Source: Nitrososphaerales archaeon
GTDB lineage: Archaea; Thermoproteota; Nitrososphaeria; Nitrososphaerales; Gagatemarchaeaceae
Assembly (NCBI GenBank): GCA_035516335.1
Contig: DATJAJ010000068.1
Span: 20,157-84,156, forward strand
DNA: 64,000 bases
Reading direction: 5' to 3'
Positions 37,193 to 45,097 of this stretch are shown here, in pieces (the stretch's first letter is position 1; each line of letters begins with the position of its first letter). The position numbers and the translations under genes are program-made. The notes below the pieces were generated by a model. That model had not been told where the DNA came from. It saw nothing but the letters and a program-made list of their open reading frames with translations, and did not search any database.

Positions 37193-37850
37193 GCGGGGTG
37201 ACCTCCATTCCAGTGTTTGAGACTGAAAATCGGAAGTAGCCGTGAATCGGAGGCAGACCGAGCATCTTCTTCACGCGAAAGAGCGGCGTGATTGTCAACC
37301 CCTCCTCGTAGAGCCTCATCTCGATGACGCCGTCGAAGAGCTGCTCCATCGTCGTCAGCACGTTGGGCGGGTGCATCCCGTCCTCCGCAAGCGCGAAGAA
37401 GACCGAGTCCTGCTGCTTCAGGTCCGAGAGCAGCTGCGACCAGTACCCGTACATCGAGTCCAGCGGATTCAGGACGAGCAGGGGTGAGAGAACGTCTGTG
37501 GCGACCCTGATTCGCCTCCCCTTGTTCCTGTGGACCGCCTCCTTCAGGTTGAAGGAGATGGCGGTCGAGTCGCGGAGGTCGCACTTTGTCGGCGATCCGG
37601 AGCTCGCTATCCACTCAGGAACCCTTTCGGTGCCTATGCCGCTCCCCCTCATGTCCCTGAGGATGTCGTTGACGGGGCGGTGGGTGACGTAGAGGCAGTA
37701 ATCTCCCTGGATCAGGCCGGAGCGGACGAACCAGTATCCAAGGGTCTCCTTGCCTATGCCCGGAGGGCCGACGACGAGGACGGCTGACCTGTCCGGATAG
37801 CCGTCGCTTCCAAGAAGATTGTCTAGAGTCGGGACTCCGGTCGAAACCAA
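37182..37850 (-). CDS. KaiC/RecA-superfamily ATPase-like protein with degenerate Walker A
   Basis: 222 aa with TTG start. The sequence GVPTLDNLLG...SAVLVVGPPGIGKETLGYWF carries the P-loop GPPGIGKE, with Glu where Ser/Thr is expected. The Walker-B-like strand is RIRVATDVL. Confidence 0.7.
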   Translation of the reverse strand: MVSTGVPTLDNLLGSDGYPDRSAVLVVGPPGIGKETLGYWFVRSGLIQGDYCLYVTHRPVNDILRDMRGSGIGTERVPEWIASSGSPTKCDLRDSTAISFNLKEAVHRNKGRRIRVATDVLSPLLVLNPLDSMYGYWSQLLSDLKQQDSVFFALAEDGMHPPNVLTTMEQLFDGVIEMRLYEEGLTITPLFRVKKMLGLPPIHGYFRFSVSNTGMEVTPHVR

Positions 37851-38293
37851 CTGGGAGAGCCCGGGTAGCCATCCTCGAGAAGATAAGCCTATCCGGCAAT
37901 CGCGAACTTGTAGCGGGGGACGCGCTCAGTTGAGCCAACTCCTGCCGCGAGCGGGACCCGAGAAAGGGAGCCGTGTCAAGGACGAGACTATCAGGATTCG
38001 GCCATCAATGGGACAATCCACTAGCGAATGAGACCCCCGGCTCAGACGCAACGAGCACCGCGCTCGGAGAACGTGCGAGTACGCCCGACGGCGGACCGGA
38101 CACCCCGGTCGGCGGCGAGTCAGCCCTAGAAGGGAGAAGGTCGGAACAAGACCGTGCGCGGAGGCACCTGCCGCATTATCAAATCGAAAAACGACGGTCC
38201 GAAAAGCCATCATCAGTCTGCCGAGGACCGTTCAGGAAAAAACATGGGGAGTGCAGCGACGCGAGCCACCGCACCTGCGGAAGACGTGCCGCC

Positions 38294-38980
38294 CTACGTC
38301 AGGATGTCGCCCATGTCGGCGGAAGTCGAAATGGGGCTGCTCACCCAAAGTTTGCCGTAGCCCATGCCAGCTCCGAGCGTGTATATGTACGAGGCAGCGA
38401 GGTATGTGAATCCGGCGTGACTGCTGAAGTAGAGGCTTAGATAGCTAGTGTACGTTGTGTCTCCGGTCTGACCGTTGCCGTAGGATCCCAGAAGTATGTC
38501 TGCCATCGTGCCACCGAAGTTGTACGTGCCGATGGATCCGTGGACCGGTACCGTGGGGAAGAACGTTCCTGTGAACATTGCGACGTAGGCTGCCGTGAAG
38601 TGACCCGAGCGGGTGTTCACTTCTGCAACCCCGTTTTGAGGGCTAAGCGCGCCCGCGAACGTCTGCCACGTTCCCGAATACTGTATCAGGGCGCAGAAGT
38701 TGGTGTTCGTCGAGTCTTCCCAGATGACTATGCTCTTCGGATAGTTGTCGAGGGCCCAGTACCCGACGTTGCCTGCGTCCTCATCGTTCTGCACCGTCAT
38801 CTTGGAGTTGATGATGGGTTGAGGAGACCACGTCAGAGGTTGGGCTGCGCATTGGGAGGGGATTATCGGTGTGACGTTGCCCGAGTTGATCTGGAGCGCG
38901 AACGCACCGAGTGGGATTGATAGGAGTGCTACGATTCCCAGAGCGGCCATGATCTTGCTTTTAGTCTGCAATATATTCAA
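38294..38980 (-). CDS. secreted protein, unknown function
   Basis: 228 aa with signal-like MAALGIVALLSIPLGAFALQ. It is beta-rich and Gly/Thr/Tyr-rich, with somewhat lower GC than its surroundings. Confidence 0.55.
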   Translation of the reverse strand: MNILQTKSKIMAALGIVALLSIPLGAFALQINSGNVTPIIPSQCAAQPLTWSPQPIINSKMTVQNDEDAGNVGYWALDNYPKSIVIWEDSTNTNFCALIQYSGTWQTFAGALSPQNGVAEVNTRSGHFTAAYVAMFTGTFFPTVPVHGSIGTYNFGGTMADILLGSYGNGQTGDTTYTSYLSLYFSSHAGFTYLAASYIYTLGAGMGYGKLWVSSPISTSADMGDILT

Positions 38981-39124
38981 CGAAGAAGGCGCATTTTTCG
39001 TATATAATCGCTGTGAACATTCAGGTAACGAATCGACACTTAACTTAGTCGCCCTCCCGCCGCTTCTGGAGAGGCCTACTCGGGCGGCCGCGACGTTTCG
39101 ACGGTCGCGCAGCGGCGATTCGCT

Positions 39125-39514
39125 CTAGCTCGCTATCACGAACTTGTACCCGTAGAGTATCTGCCCGGAGTCGCCGTCCACCTGCACCCTCCTGAAGACC
39201 GCCTTCGCCTTGGCACCGGTCCTGACGGAGTCGTCAGGGGAGTCCACGACCTGGCCCACCACCCTGGTCCCGTTCTCCAGCTCCACCAGCGCGATGAACA
39301 TCGGTGATTGGTCCTCGAAGCCAGGCAGTGGTTCGTGCAGCTGTGTGTAGGTCAGGATCTTGCCCGTCCTCGGCATGTCCGCGTCGACGAGCTTCTCCGA
39401 GCCGCACTTCTTGCACCTGTAGACCGGTGGGAAGAACTCGGCCCCGCACTTCTCGCACCTGTTGCCCATGAGCCGGTAGTATCGGTCCCTGATGCGCCAG
39501 TGCTGGATGCCCAT
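39125..39514 (-). CDS. DUF35 OB-fold/zinc-ribbon protein (thiolase-HMGCS scaffold type)
   Basis: 129 aa with rubredoxin-like CEKCGAEFFPPVYRCKKCGS followed by an OB-fold. It lies directly after the thiolase gene with no gap. Confidence 0.85.
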   Translation of the reverse strand: MGIQHWRIRDRYYRLMGNRCEKCGAEFFPPVYRCKKCGSEKLVDADMPRTGKILTYTQLHEPLPGFEDQSPMFIALVELENGTRVVGQVVDSPDDSVRTGAKAKAVFRRVQVDGDSGQILYGYKFVIAS

Positions 39515-40669
39515 CTAGGCCGCCCTCCCGAACACGTGAACCGCGCTGGTCGTGTCGATGCCTCCGACGCTCTGGGTTGCGCCGAACTCTGCCCCCTTGA
39601 CCTGGTTCGCTCCGGCCCTGCCCGTCAGCTGCAGGTAGGCTTCGGCGATCTGATACACTCCGGTTGCTCCGATGGGGTTCCCCCTCGCTTTCAGCCCCCC
39701 GAAGGTGTTCACGGAGAGTTCCGAGTTCAGGTCGAACTTCCCCTGCTTGGCGTCCATGCCCCCCTGCCCCCTCTTTGAGAGGCCCATGGCTTCGAGCGAC
39801 AAGGCCCCCATGACGGAGAACGAGTCGTGAATCTCCAGGAAGTCCAGCTTCGATTGCGCCAGGCCGGCCTGCTGCATCGCTTCCCTGAAGGAGTCCTCGG
39901 TGGCCCTGAACCTCAGCATGTCGTCCCTCCCGTACATCGAGAATTCTGACGTCGCGATGCGCCCGCCCAGGACCTCGACCAGACCCCCCTTCGTGGTTCC
40001 CGCGGCCTTGTCGTTGACTATCACGGCCGCGGCGGCGCCGTCCCCCACCGGCGAACAGTCGAAGAGCCGCAGCGGGTCCGCAACCATGCCCGACCTCGCC
40101 ACCGCCTCGGGCGTGATGGCCTTCCTGAACTGGGCGTGCTCGGCCGAGACGGCGTTGGCATGGTCGAGGACGGGAAGCGAGCTCAGCTCGTCCCTGGTCA
40201 CGTCCAGCTGCTCCATGTAGTGCCTTGCGAGCATCCCGTTGAGCGCGGCGAAGCTCGCGCCCACGAACTGGGTGTATTCGGAGGACTCCGCCAGAGTGAG
40301 GACGCGCGTGATGTCGTCTGGTTCGACGTCTCTCATCTTCTCGACGCCGACCACGAGGGCCGAGTCTATGACCCCGCCCTTCACGAGCGAGTAAGCGAGG
40401 TTGAAGGCGGCTGCGCCGGACGCGCAGGCGGACTCGACCTTCACAGCCGGCACCCCCGCGAGCCCGACCGCGTCGGCGACAAGCGCCCCGAGCTGCTCCT
40501 GCCCGGCTCCCGCGGCGCTGAACATGTTACCGACGAAGACCTGCTGGGGCTTGACCCTGGGCGAGCCCTTCAGGGCCGCCGTGGACGCCTCGTAGGCAAT
40601 GTCGAGGAGCGACTTGCCCCAGTGGTCGGCGACGGCTGTGAAGCCCACCGAGGAAACGTATGCTTTCAA
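39515..40669 (-). CDS. acetyl-CoA acetyltransferase (archaeal thiolase)
   Basis: 384 aa with active-site Cys context VESACASGAAAF and C-terminal NTFGGLKARGNPIGATG and GATQSVGG. Confidence 0.9.
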   Translation of the reverse strand: MKAYVSSVGFTAVADHWGKSLLDIAYEASTAALKGSPRVKPQQVFVGNMFSAAGAGQEQLGALVADAVGLAGVPAVKVESACASGAAAFNLAYSLVKGGVIDSALVVGVEKMRDVEPDDITRVLTLAESSEYTQFVGASFAALNGMLARHYMEQLDVTRDELSSLPVLDHANAVSAEHAQFRKAITPEAVARSGMVADPLRLFDCSPVGDGAAAAVIVNDKAAGTTKGGLVEVLGGRIATSEFSMYGRDDMLRFRATEDSFREAMQQAGLAQSKLDFLEIHDSFSVMGALSLEAMGLSKRGQGGMDAKQGKFDLNSELSVNTFGGLKARGNPIGATGVYQIAEAYLQLTGRAGANQVKGAEFGATQSVGGIDTTSAVHVFGRAA

Positions 40670-40689
40670 CGACGCAGCCCCGTACAGGC

Positions 40690-41733
40690 TTACCTGTTAA
40701 GCTTCCCGCGGAACTTCGTGTACGTGGAGTAGTCTATCCTCGCGGCGTGCTCCACCATTGACTTCACCGTTGGGTTCATGCCCCGCTTTTCGAGTATCCC
40801 GTCCTGGACTTCGATGCAGAAGGCGTCCGACCCGGCTCCGGACCCGAAGCTCGCGAGGAGGATCTTGTCCCCCGGGCTGGCCTCGTCGAGCACCGCCGCC
40901 AGACCCAGGGGGGAGCTTCCGGCGTATGTGTTCCCGATCTGTGGGTTGAGCAGGCCCGTCTTGATCTGGTCCGCGTTGAACCCGAGCCGAACGGCGACCT
41001 CGACCGGGAACCTGGGGTTCGGCTGGTGGAAGATGGCGTACTTGAAGTCAGACGACTTGTGTCCGGTGTCCTCGAACAGCGAGTTGACCGCCGTCTCGAT
41101 GTGGTGGAAGTAGGCGGGCTCCCCCGTGAACCTGGAGAGGTGGCGGGGATACCGCTCGTGAGACCTGCGCCAAAAGTCGGGGGTGTCGGAGACGTACGAC
41201 GTGCTGCAGTCGATGAGGGCGACGTCTGAGCTGTCCTTGGCGCCGAGGACGTAGGCCGCCCCGCCGCTCCCCGCGGTGAGCTCCAGGTCGTCTCCCGGCC
41301 TCCCCTGGGCCGTGTCCATGCCAATCGCAAGTCCGGCGGATATCATGCCGGAGCCGATGAGGCCCGTGATGATCTGGATCGCCTCGGTCCCTGCCTTGCA
41401 GGCGAACTCGAGGTCCGCGGCAAGGGCGTGGTGCTGGCCGAGCGCCTGGGCGACCACCGTGCTGGTGGGCTTCACCGCGTAGGGCTTCGATTCGGTCCCG
41501 ACGAAGACCGCCCCTAGCTCCTTGACGCCCGCCATCCTCGTGGCATAGGTCGCCGCCTCGATGGCCATGGTCGTGGTGTCCTCGTCCATGGACGCGACCG
41601 CCTTCTCCACGTTGGGCCCGGACCCGCCTCCCCTCCAGACCCTTGCCGTCTCACTGGTTGGGAGACGGTAGTAGGGAATATAGGCCCCGTACCCCTTTAT
41701 CGCAACCGGAGTCTTGCTCTTCATGAGATGCAT
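40690..41733 (-). CDS. hydroxymethylglutaryl-CoA synthase
   Basis: 347 aa with catalytic Cys context LEFACKAGTEA, FHQPNPRF, and GNTYAGSSPL. Confidence 0.9.
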   Translation of the reverse strand: MHLMKSKTPVAIKGYGAYIPYYRLPTSETARVWRGGGSGPNVEKAVASMDEDTTTMAIEAATYATRMAGVKELGAVFVGTESKPYAVKPTSTVVAQALGQHHALAADLEFACKAGTEAIQIITGLIGSGMISAGLAIGMDTAQGRPGDDLELTAGSGGAAYVLGAKDSSDVALIDCSTSYVSDTPDFWRRSHERYPRHLSRFTGEPAYFHHIETAVNSLFEDTGHKSSDFKYAIFHQPNPRFPVEVAVRLGFNADQIKTGLLNPQIGNTYAGSSPLGLAAVLDEASPGDKILLASFGSGAGSDAFCIEVQDGILEKRGMNPTVKSMVEHAARIDYSTYTKFRGKLNR

Positions 41734-41762
41734 TAAGCGTCAGCCGAGCCCACTCAGGTCGC

Positions 41763-41770
41763 TAGATAAA
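41763..41770 (-). promoter_or_regulatory. TATA-like box for the HMGCS-thiolase-DUF35 unit
   Basis: Minus-strand TTTATCTA lies about 35 nt upstream of the ATG at 41733. Confidence 0.3.
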
Positions 41771-41842
41771 CAGTTAGGCAATGACGACAATCGGCGTTAG
41801 ACGATTGCCGAACTACATCAAAAGAGGGGGGGAGCGCTTTGC

Positions 41843-42025
41843 TCAGACTGCCTTGATCTGCTTGACGACGGAGGGTCTGGCCTTCCTGAAGACCCTGTAG
41901 CCGCAGATGCACTTTACCTCTGGCAGCCTCGAAAGCTCCTCCTGGGTGGTCTTCGTTCCGCACCTTAGGCATTCGTAGACGGCCCCGGTGAAGACCTTCT
42001 CTGCGGGCTTCTGTTCCTCACTCAT
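41843..42025 (-). CDS. rpoP: DNA-directed RNA polymerase subunit P (Rpo12)
   Basis: 60 aa from ATG 42025. YECLRCGT...VKCICGYRVFRKARP is the RpoP zinc ribbon. The N-terminal 58 codons of the 118-aa ORF look non-coding. Confidence 0.8.
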   Translation of the reverse strand: MSEEQKPAEKVFTGAVYECLRCGTKTTQEELSRLPEVKCICGYRVFRKARPSVVKQIKAV

Positions 42026-42149
42026 CTGAATATCGCCGAAGTTCGGTTGTATTTCTGTCTTTCTCGCCCAGCAGTGGTTCGCCAGACGCCCGATGCCGAA
42101 GCGAATGTCACGGCCCCCTGAAGGGATAAGTAACAAAAGATTGCAGCGA

Positions 42150-42617
42150 ATGAAGCAATCCGTCATGATGTTCATGTCCTTACTTACAAGGCGGCTCAAG
42201 GAAGGGAAGACCTACGAGGATTTTCGGAAGGCTTGGTATCACTCGGTCGGGTATGGTGTTCCTGCCAGACTATACTCCGTGATAAACGCCTTCGACCCAC
42301 GCGAGATAATTGTGATCGGTTTCGGTGAAATCAAACCAGGGGAGGACCCGATGAAGCTTGTTCAAATCGAGGTCAAGGAGAGGCTTGACCATCCTCTTGA
42401 GGCCGTGATTGAGCCGGTGATAGGGCGCACCTTCGGAATCGTCGTCTCCGAAGACGACTTCTCACCAGCAGGCAACATGAAGTTCAAGCCGGCATCAGTA
42501 GGCGGGAAGGAGACCGATTTCATGGAGATTGATCGAGGGCTCAGGGAAGCCAGAATCCTGTTCACCCGTGCCGAGAAGGAGCGAGACCTGGCGAAGAAAC
42601 TTCATTCAAAGAAGTGA
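42150..42617 (+). CDS. hypothetical soluble protein
   Basis: Good coding character from about MSLLTRRLKEGKTYEDFRKAWYH onward. The start is ambiguous (ATG at 42150, 42165, 42168 or 42174), and an AT-rich box lies near 42125-42134. Confidence 0.45.
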   Translation: MKQSVMMFMSLLTRRLKEGKTYEDFRKAWYHSVGYGVPARLYSVINAFDPREIIVIGFGEIKPGEDPMKLVQIEVKERLDHPLEAVIEPVIGRTFGIVVSEDDFSPAGNMKFKPASVGGKETDFMEIDRGLREARILFTRAEKERDLAKKLHSKK

Positions 42618-42692
42618 AGCTCGGAAACAGAGTAACGGCTCTCGGCCATCTCGTCCGCGTCGCGGCCTAGGTTGTGGGCGGCGACTCTGTGG

Positions 42693-43421
42693 CTAGCCGA
42701 GGGCGGTCCAGACAACGTATGCGAAGAATCTCACGACCGCCTTCGGACCCAGCTTCGACTTTCCAGCCGTCCTCACGTCGAAGACGTAGGGGACCTCGAC
42801 CATTTTCATGTCCGTTTTCAGCGCGAACAGGGCCGCCACCTGGAACTCGAACCCCGTCGCCGGGAGCCTCGCGCTGATCAGCTTCTGAGCGGCCCTCTTC
42901 CGGTAGGCCCTGAAACCGGAGGTGCAGTCGTTAACGCCGAGCCTAAGGAATGTCCTCGCCTGCCAGTTCGCGCCCCAGCTCACCAGCTTCCTGAGGGATC
43001 CCCAGCCCCTGCTGCCCCCGCCCTTTACGTAGCGCGACCCGATCGCAACGTCGGCCCCGCCCTCAACGGCCTGCAGCAGCGCGGGAATCTGCTCGGGTGG
43101 GTGCTGCAGGTCCGCGTCCATCTCCACAACCACGTCAGCCTGCAGCCTGTCGATGGCTTCCTGGAAGCCCTCGAGGTACGCGGAGCCTATCCCTTTCTTC
43201 GAGCCCCGAGAGTAGAGGTGGACCCAGGCTTCTCTTCCCGCGGCCTCCCGTATCAGGTCGGCCGTCCCGTCAGGGCTCGAGTCGTCGACGAACAGGACTT
43301 CCTGGCCCTCCTTGCGGATCGAGCCGATGCGTTCGAGCAGCGGGCCGACGTTCTCCTTTTCGTTGTAGGTGGGAATGACCATGCAGACCTTCGAAGGAGG
43401 CCTTGTGGTCATCGGCCTCAC
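42693..43421 (-). CDS. GT2 glycosyltransferase, dolichyl/polyprenyl-phosphate mannose (or glucose) synthase type
   Basis: 242 aa with VIPTYNEKENV, VDDSSPDGT and VEMDADLQH (DxD). Its start overlaps the upstream aminotransferase stop by 4 nt. Confidence 0.85.
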   Translation of the reverse strand: MRPMTTRPPSKVCMVIPTYNEKENVGPLLERIGSIRKEGQEVLFVDDSSPDGTADLIREAAGREAWVHLYSRGSKKGIGSAYLEGFQEAIDRLQADVVVEMDADLQHPPEQIPALLQAVEGGADVAIGSRYVKGGGSRGWGSLRKLVSWGANWQARTFLRLGVNDCTSGFRAYRKRAAQKLISARLPATGFEFQVAALFALKTDMKMVEVPYVFDVRTAGKSKLGPKAVVRFFAYVVWTALG

Positions 43422-44542
43422 GAGTACTGCTTCATTGCTGCGATGAACTCGGAGGCGACCCTCTCGAGGTCGGGCTTGGTGACGCCCGGGTGAACCGGAA
43501 GCGAGAGCGCGCGCCTCGACGTCCTGTCGGCGGCCGGCAGCTTCTTCTTGCTGTAGCCGAGCCTGACGTACATCGGGGTCTTGTGCACGGGCGTCTTGAA
43601 GTACACCGCCGCGCCTACGCCCTTCTCGACCAGCCTCTTGGCGACCAGGTCCCTGTTCTTCTTCAGGCTGAGCGTGTAGAGGTAGAAGACGTGCGTCCGG
43701 TCGGCGGCGTCCTGGGTGAACTCAGCGCCCTGAAGGTTCGAGAAGCGCTCCATCAGGTACTTGGCGTTGGCCCTCCGCTTGTCGATGAACCCTTCGAGCT
43801 TGTCCATCTGGGCCGCGCCGATGGCCGCCATGACCTCGGGCAGCCTGTAGTTGTATCCCAGGTACCGCGTGTCGTAGCCGTGGACCATCCCGTGGTTCCT
43901 GACCATCCGGAGCCGGTCCGCCAGCTCGTCGTCGTCGGTGGACAGAGCCCCGCCCTCGCCGCTGGTGACGACCTTGGTGGCGTATAGGCTGAAGCAGCCC
44001 ACGTCCGAGAGCGTCCCGGTCTGCTTCCCCTTGTAGGCCGCCCCCAGAGACTCTGCCGCGTCCTCCACGACCCGGACCGACTTCTTCTCGGCGAGCTCTC
44101 TGATCTCGTCCATGTCAGCCGGATAGCCGTAGAGGTGGACCGGGATTACGGCCTTCGTCTTCCTAGTGATCGCCGCCGCAACCTTCGCCGGGTCGACGTT
44201 GTAGTCGTCCCTGTTGTCGACGAAGACAGGCTTCGCCCCGCAGGCCAAGACTACGTTGGCAGTGGCCACGAAGGTGAAAGTGGGGACGATCACCTCGTCT
44301 CCGGGCTTGACGTTGAGCGCGAGCAGGGCGCAGTGAAGTGCAGCCGTCCCCGAGTTCACGGCGATGACGTGCTTGGCTCCCAGCAGTCTCGAGATCTTTC
44401 CCTCCAGATCCTTCACGACGCGCCCTCCCTCGTAGGAGGAGTCCGTCAGTCTCCCGCTGGAAACGACGCCCATCACGGCGCTCTTCTCTTCCTCGCCCAT
44501 CAGAGGCTTGTTTATCGGAATGAAGCTCATTGCTGGCGACAC
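43418..44542 (-). CDS. DegT/DnrJ/EryC1/StrS-family sugar aminotransferase
   Basis: 374 aa with GDEVIVPTFTFVATAN and the PLP-Lys region FSLYATKVVTSGEGG. Confidence 0.9.
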   Translation of the reverse strand: MSPAMSFIPINKPLMGEEEKSAVMGVVSSGRLTDSSYEGGRVVKDLEGKISRLLGAKHVIAVNSGTAALHCALLALNVKPGDEVIVPTFTFVATANVVLACGAKPVFVDNRDDYNVDPAKVAAAITRKTKAVIPVHLYGYPADMDEIRELAEKKSVRVVEDAAESLGAAYKGKQTGTLSDVGCFSLYATKVVTSGEGGALSTDDDELADRLRMVRNHGMVHGYDTRYLGYNYRLPEVMAAIGAAQMDKLEGFIDKRRANAKYLMERFSNLQGAEFTQDAADRTHVFYLYTLSLKKNRDLVAKRLVEKGVGAAVYFKTPVHKTPMYVRLGYSKKKLPAADRTSRRALSLPVHPGVTKPDLERVASEFIAAMKQYS

Positions 44543-44605
44543 CCCACATGAAGAGGGTATTTCAAACTGACCAAGGGAACGTTGGAAACCGCGTAGGGCG
44601 GCGGC

Positions 44606-44977
44606 CTACTCCTCTTCTTCTTCCGGAGGCTTGACCCGGCCCGCGTACATGAGGAAGAGGTGGTACAGCGCGAATATGAAGAAGAGCACCAGCGACACCG
44701 CCGCGACCGAAGCGAAGGGGCCGCCGAGGAAGGTCGCCGCAGCGTAGGCCTGATAGCCGGACAGCAGGAATCCGAGGAATCCCGAGGCCAGCACCCAGGC
44801 GTAGCTGATTCTCTCCTGCGGGAGGAACCTGAGGAAGAGAAAGCTGGCGATGCAGGCCACCGCCGGCCAGAGGATCAGCAGGGAGGTGGTGGCGTACAGC
44901 GCGCCCAGCCAGAGAACGCCCGCTGCCAGGAACAAGTACGACACGTTGCGCTTGGCAGGCTCCAGAAATGGGAGCAT
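44606..44977 (-). CDS. small 4-TM membrane protein
   Basis: Only the last 123 codons (from ATG 44977, MLPFLEPAK...) of the 807-aa ORF are hydrophobic and protein-like. The rest is antisense to polB. Confidence 0.55.
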   Translation of the reverse strand: MLPFLEPAKRNVSYLFLAAGVLWLGALYATTSLLILWPAVACIASFLFLRFLPQERISYAWVLASGFLGFLLSGYQAYAAATFLGGPFASVAAVSLVLFFIFALYHLFLMYAGRVKPPEEEEE

Positions 44978-45001
44978 CTCCGCAGGCGCCCCAGATACTC
45001 G

Positions 45002-45008
45002 ATATAAA
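45002..45008 (-). promoter_or_regulatory. TATA box for the 44977 gene (leaderless geometry)
   Basis: Minus-strand TTTATAT is centred about 28 nt upstream of the ATG at 44977. Confidence 0.35.
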
Positions 45009-45097
45009 CAGTGCTGGCGCCTCCGTGCAACGGAGCCGGGCCGCTGCGCGGTAGGCTTATTTGCCATGAGCCTCGGTCCACCCGAGGCCGTCCCCCG

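Noticed and set aside
37973-38440. 155-aa plus-strand ORF in the spacer upstream of the KaiC-like gene
   Set aside because: The translation is low-complexity Arg/Gly/Ser/Ala-rich, and its 3' part is antisense to the 38294..38980 gene.
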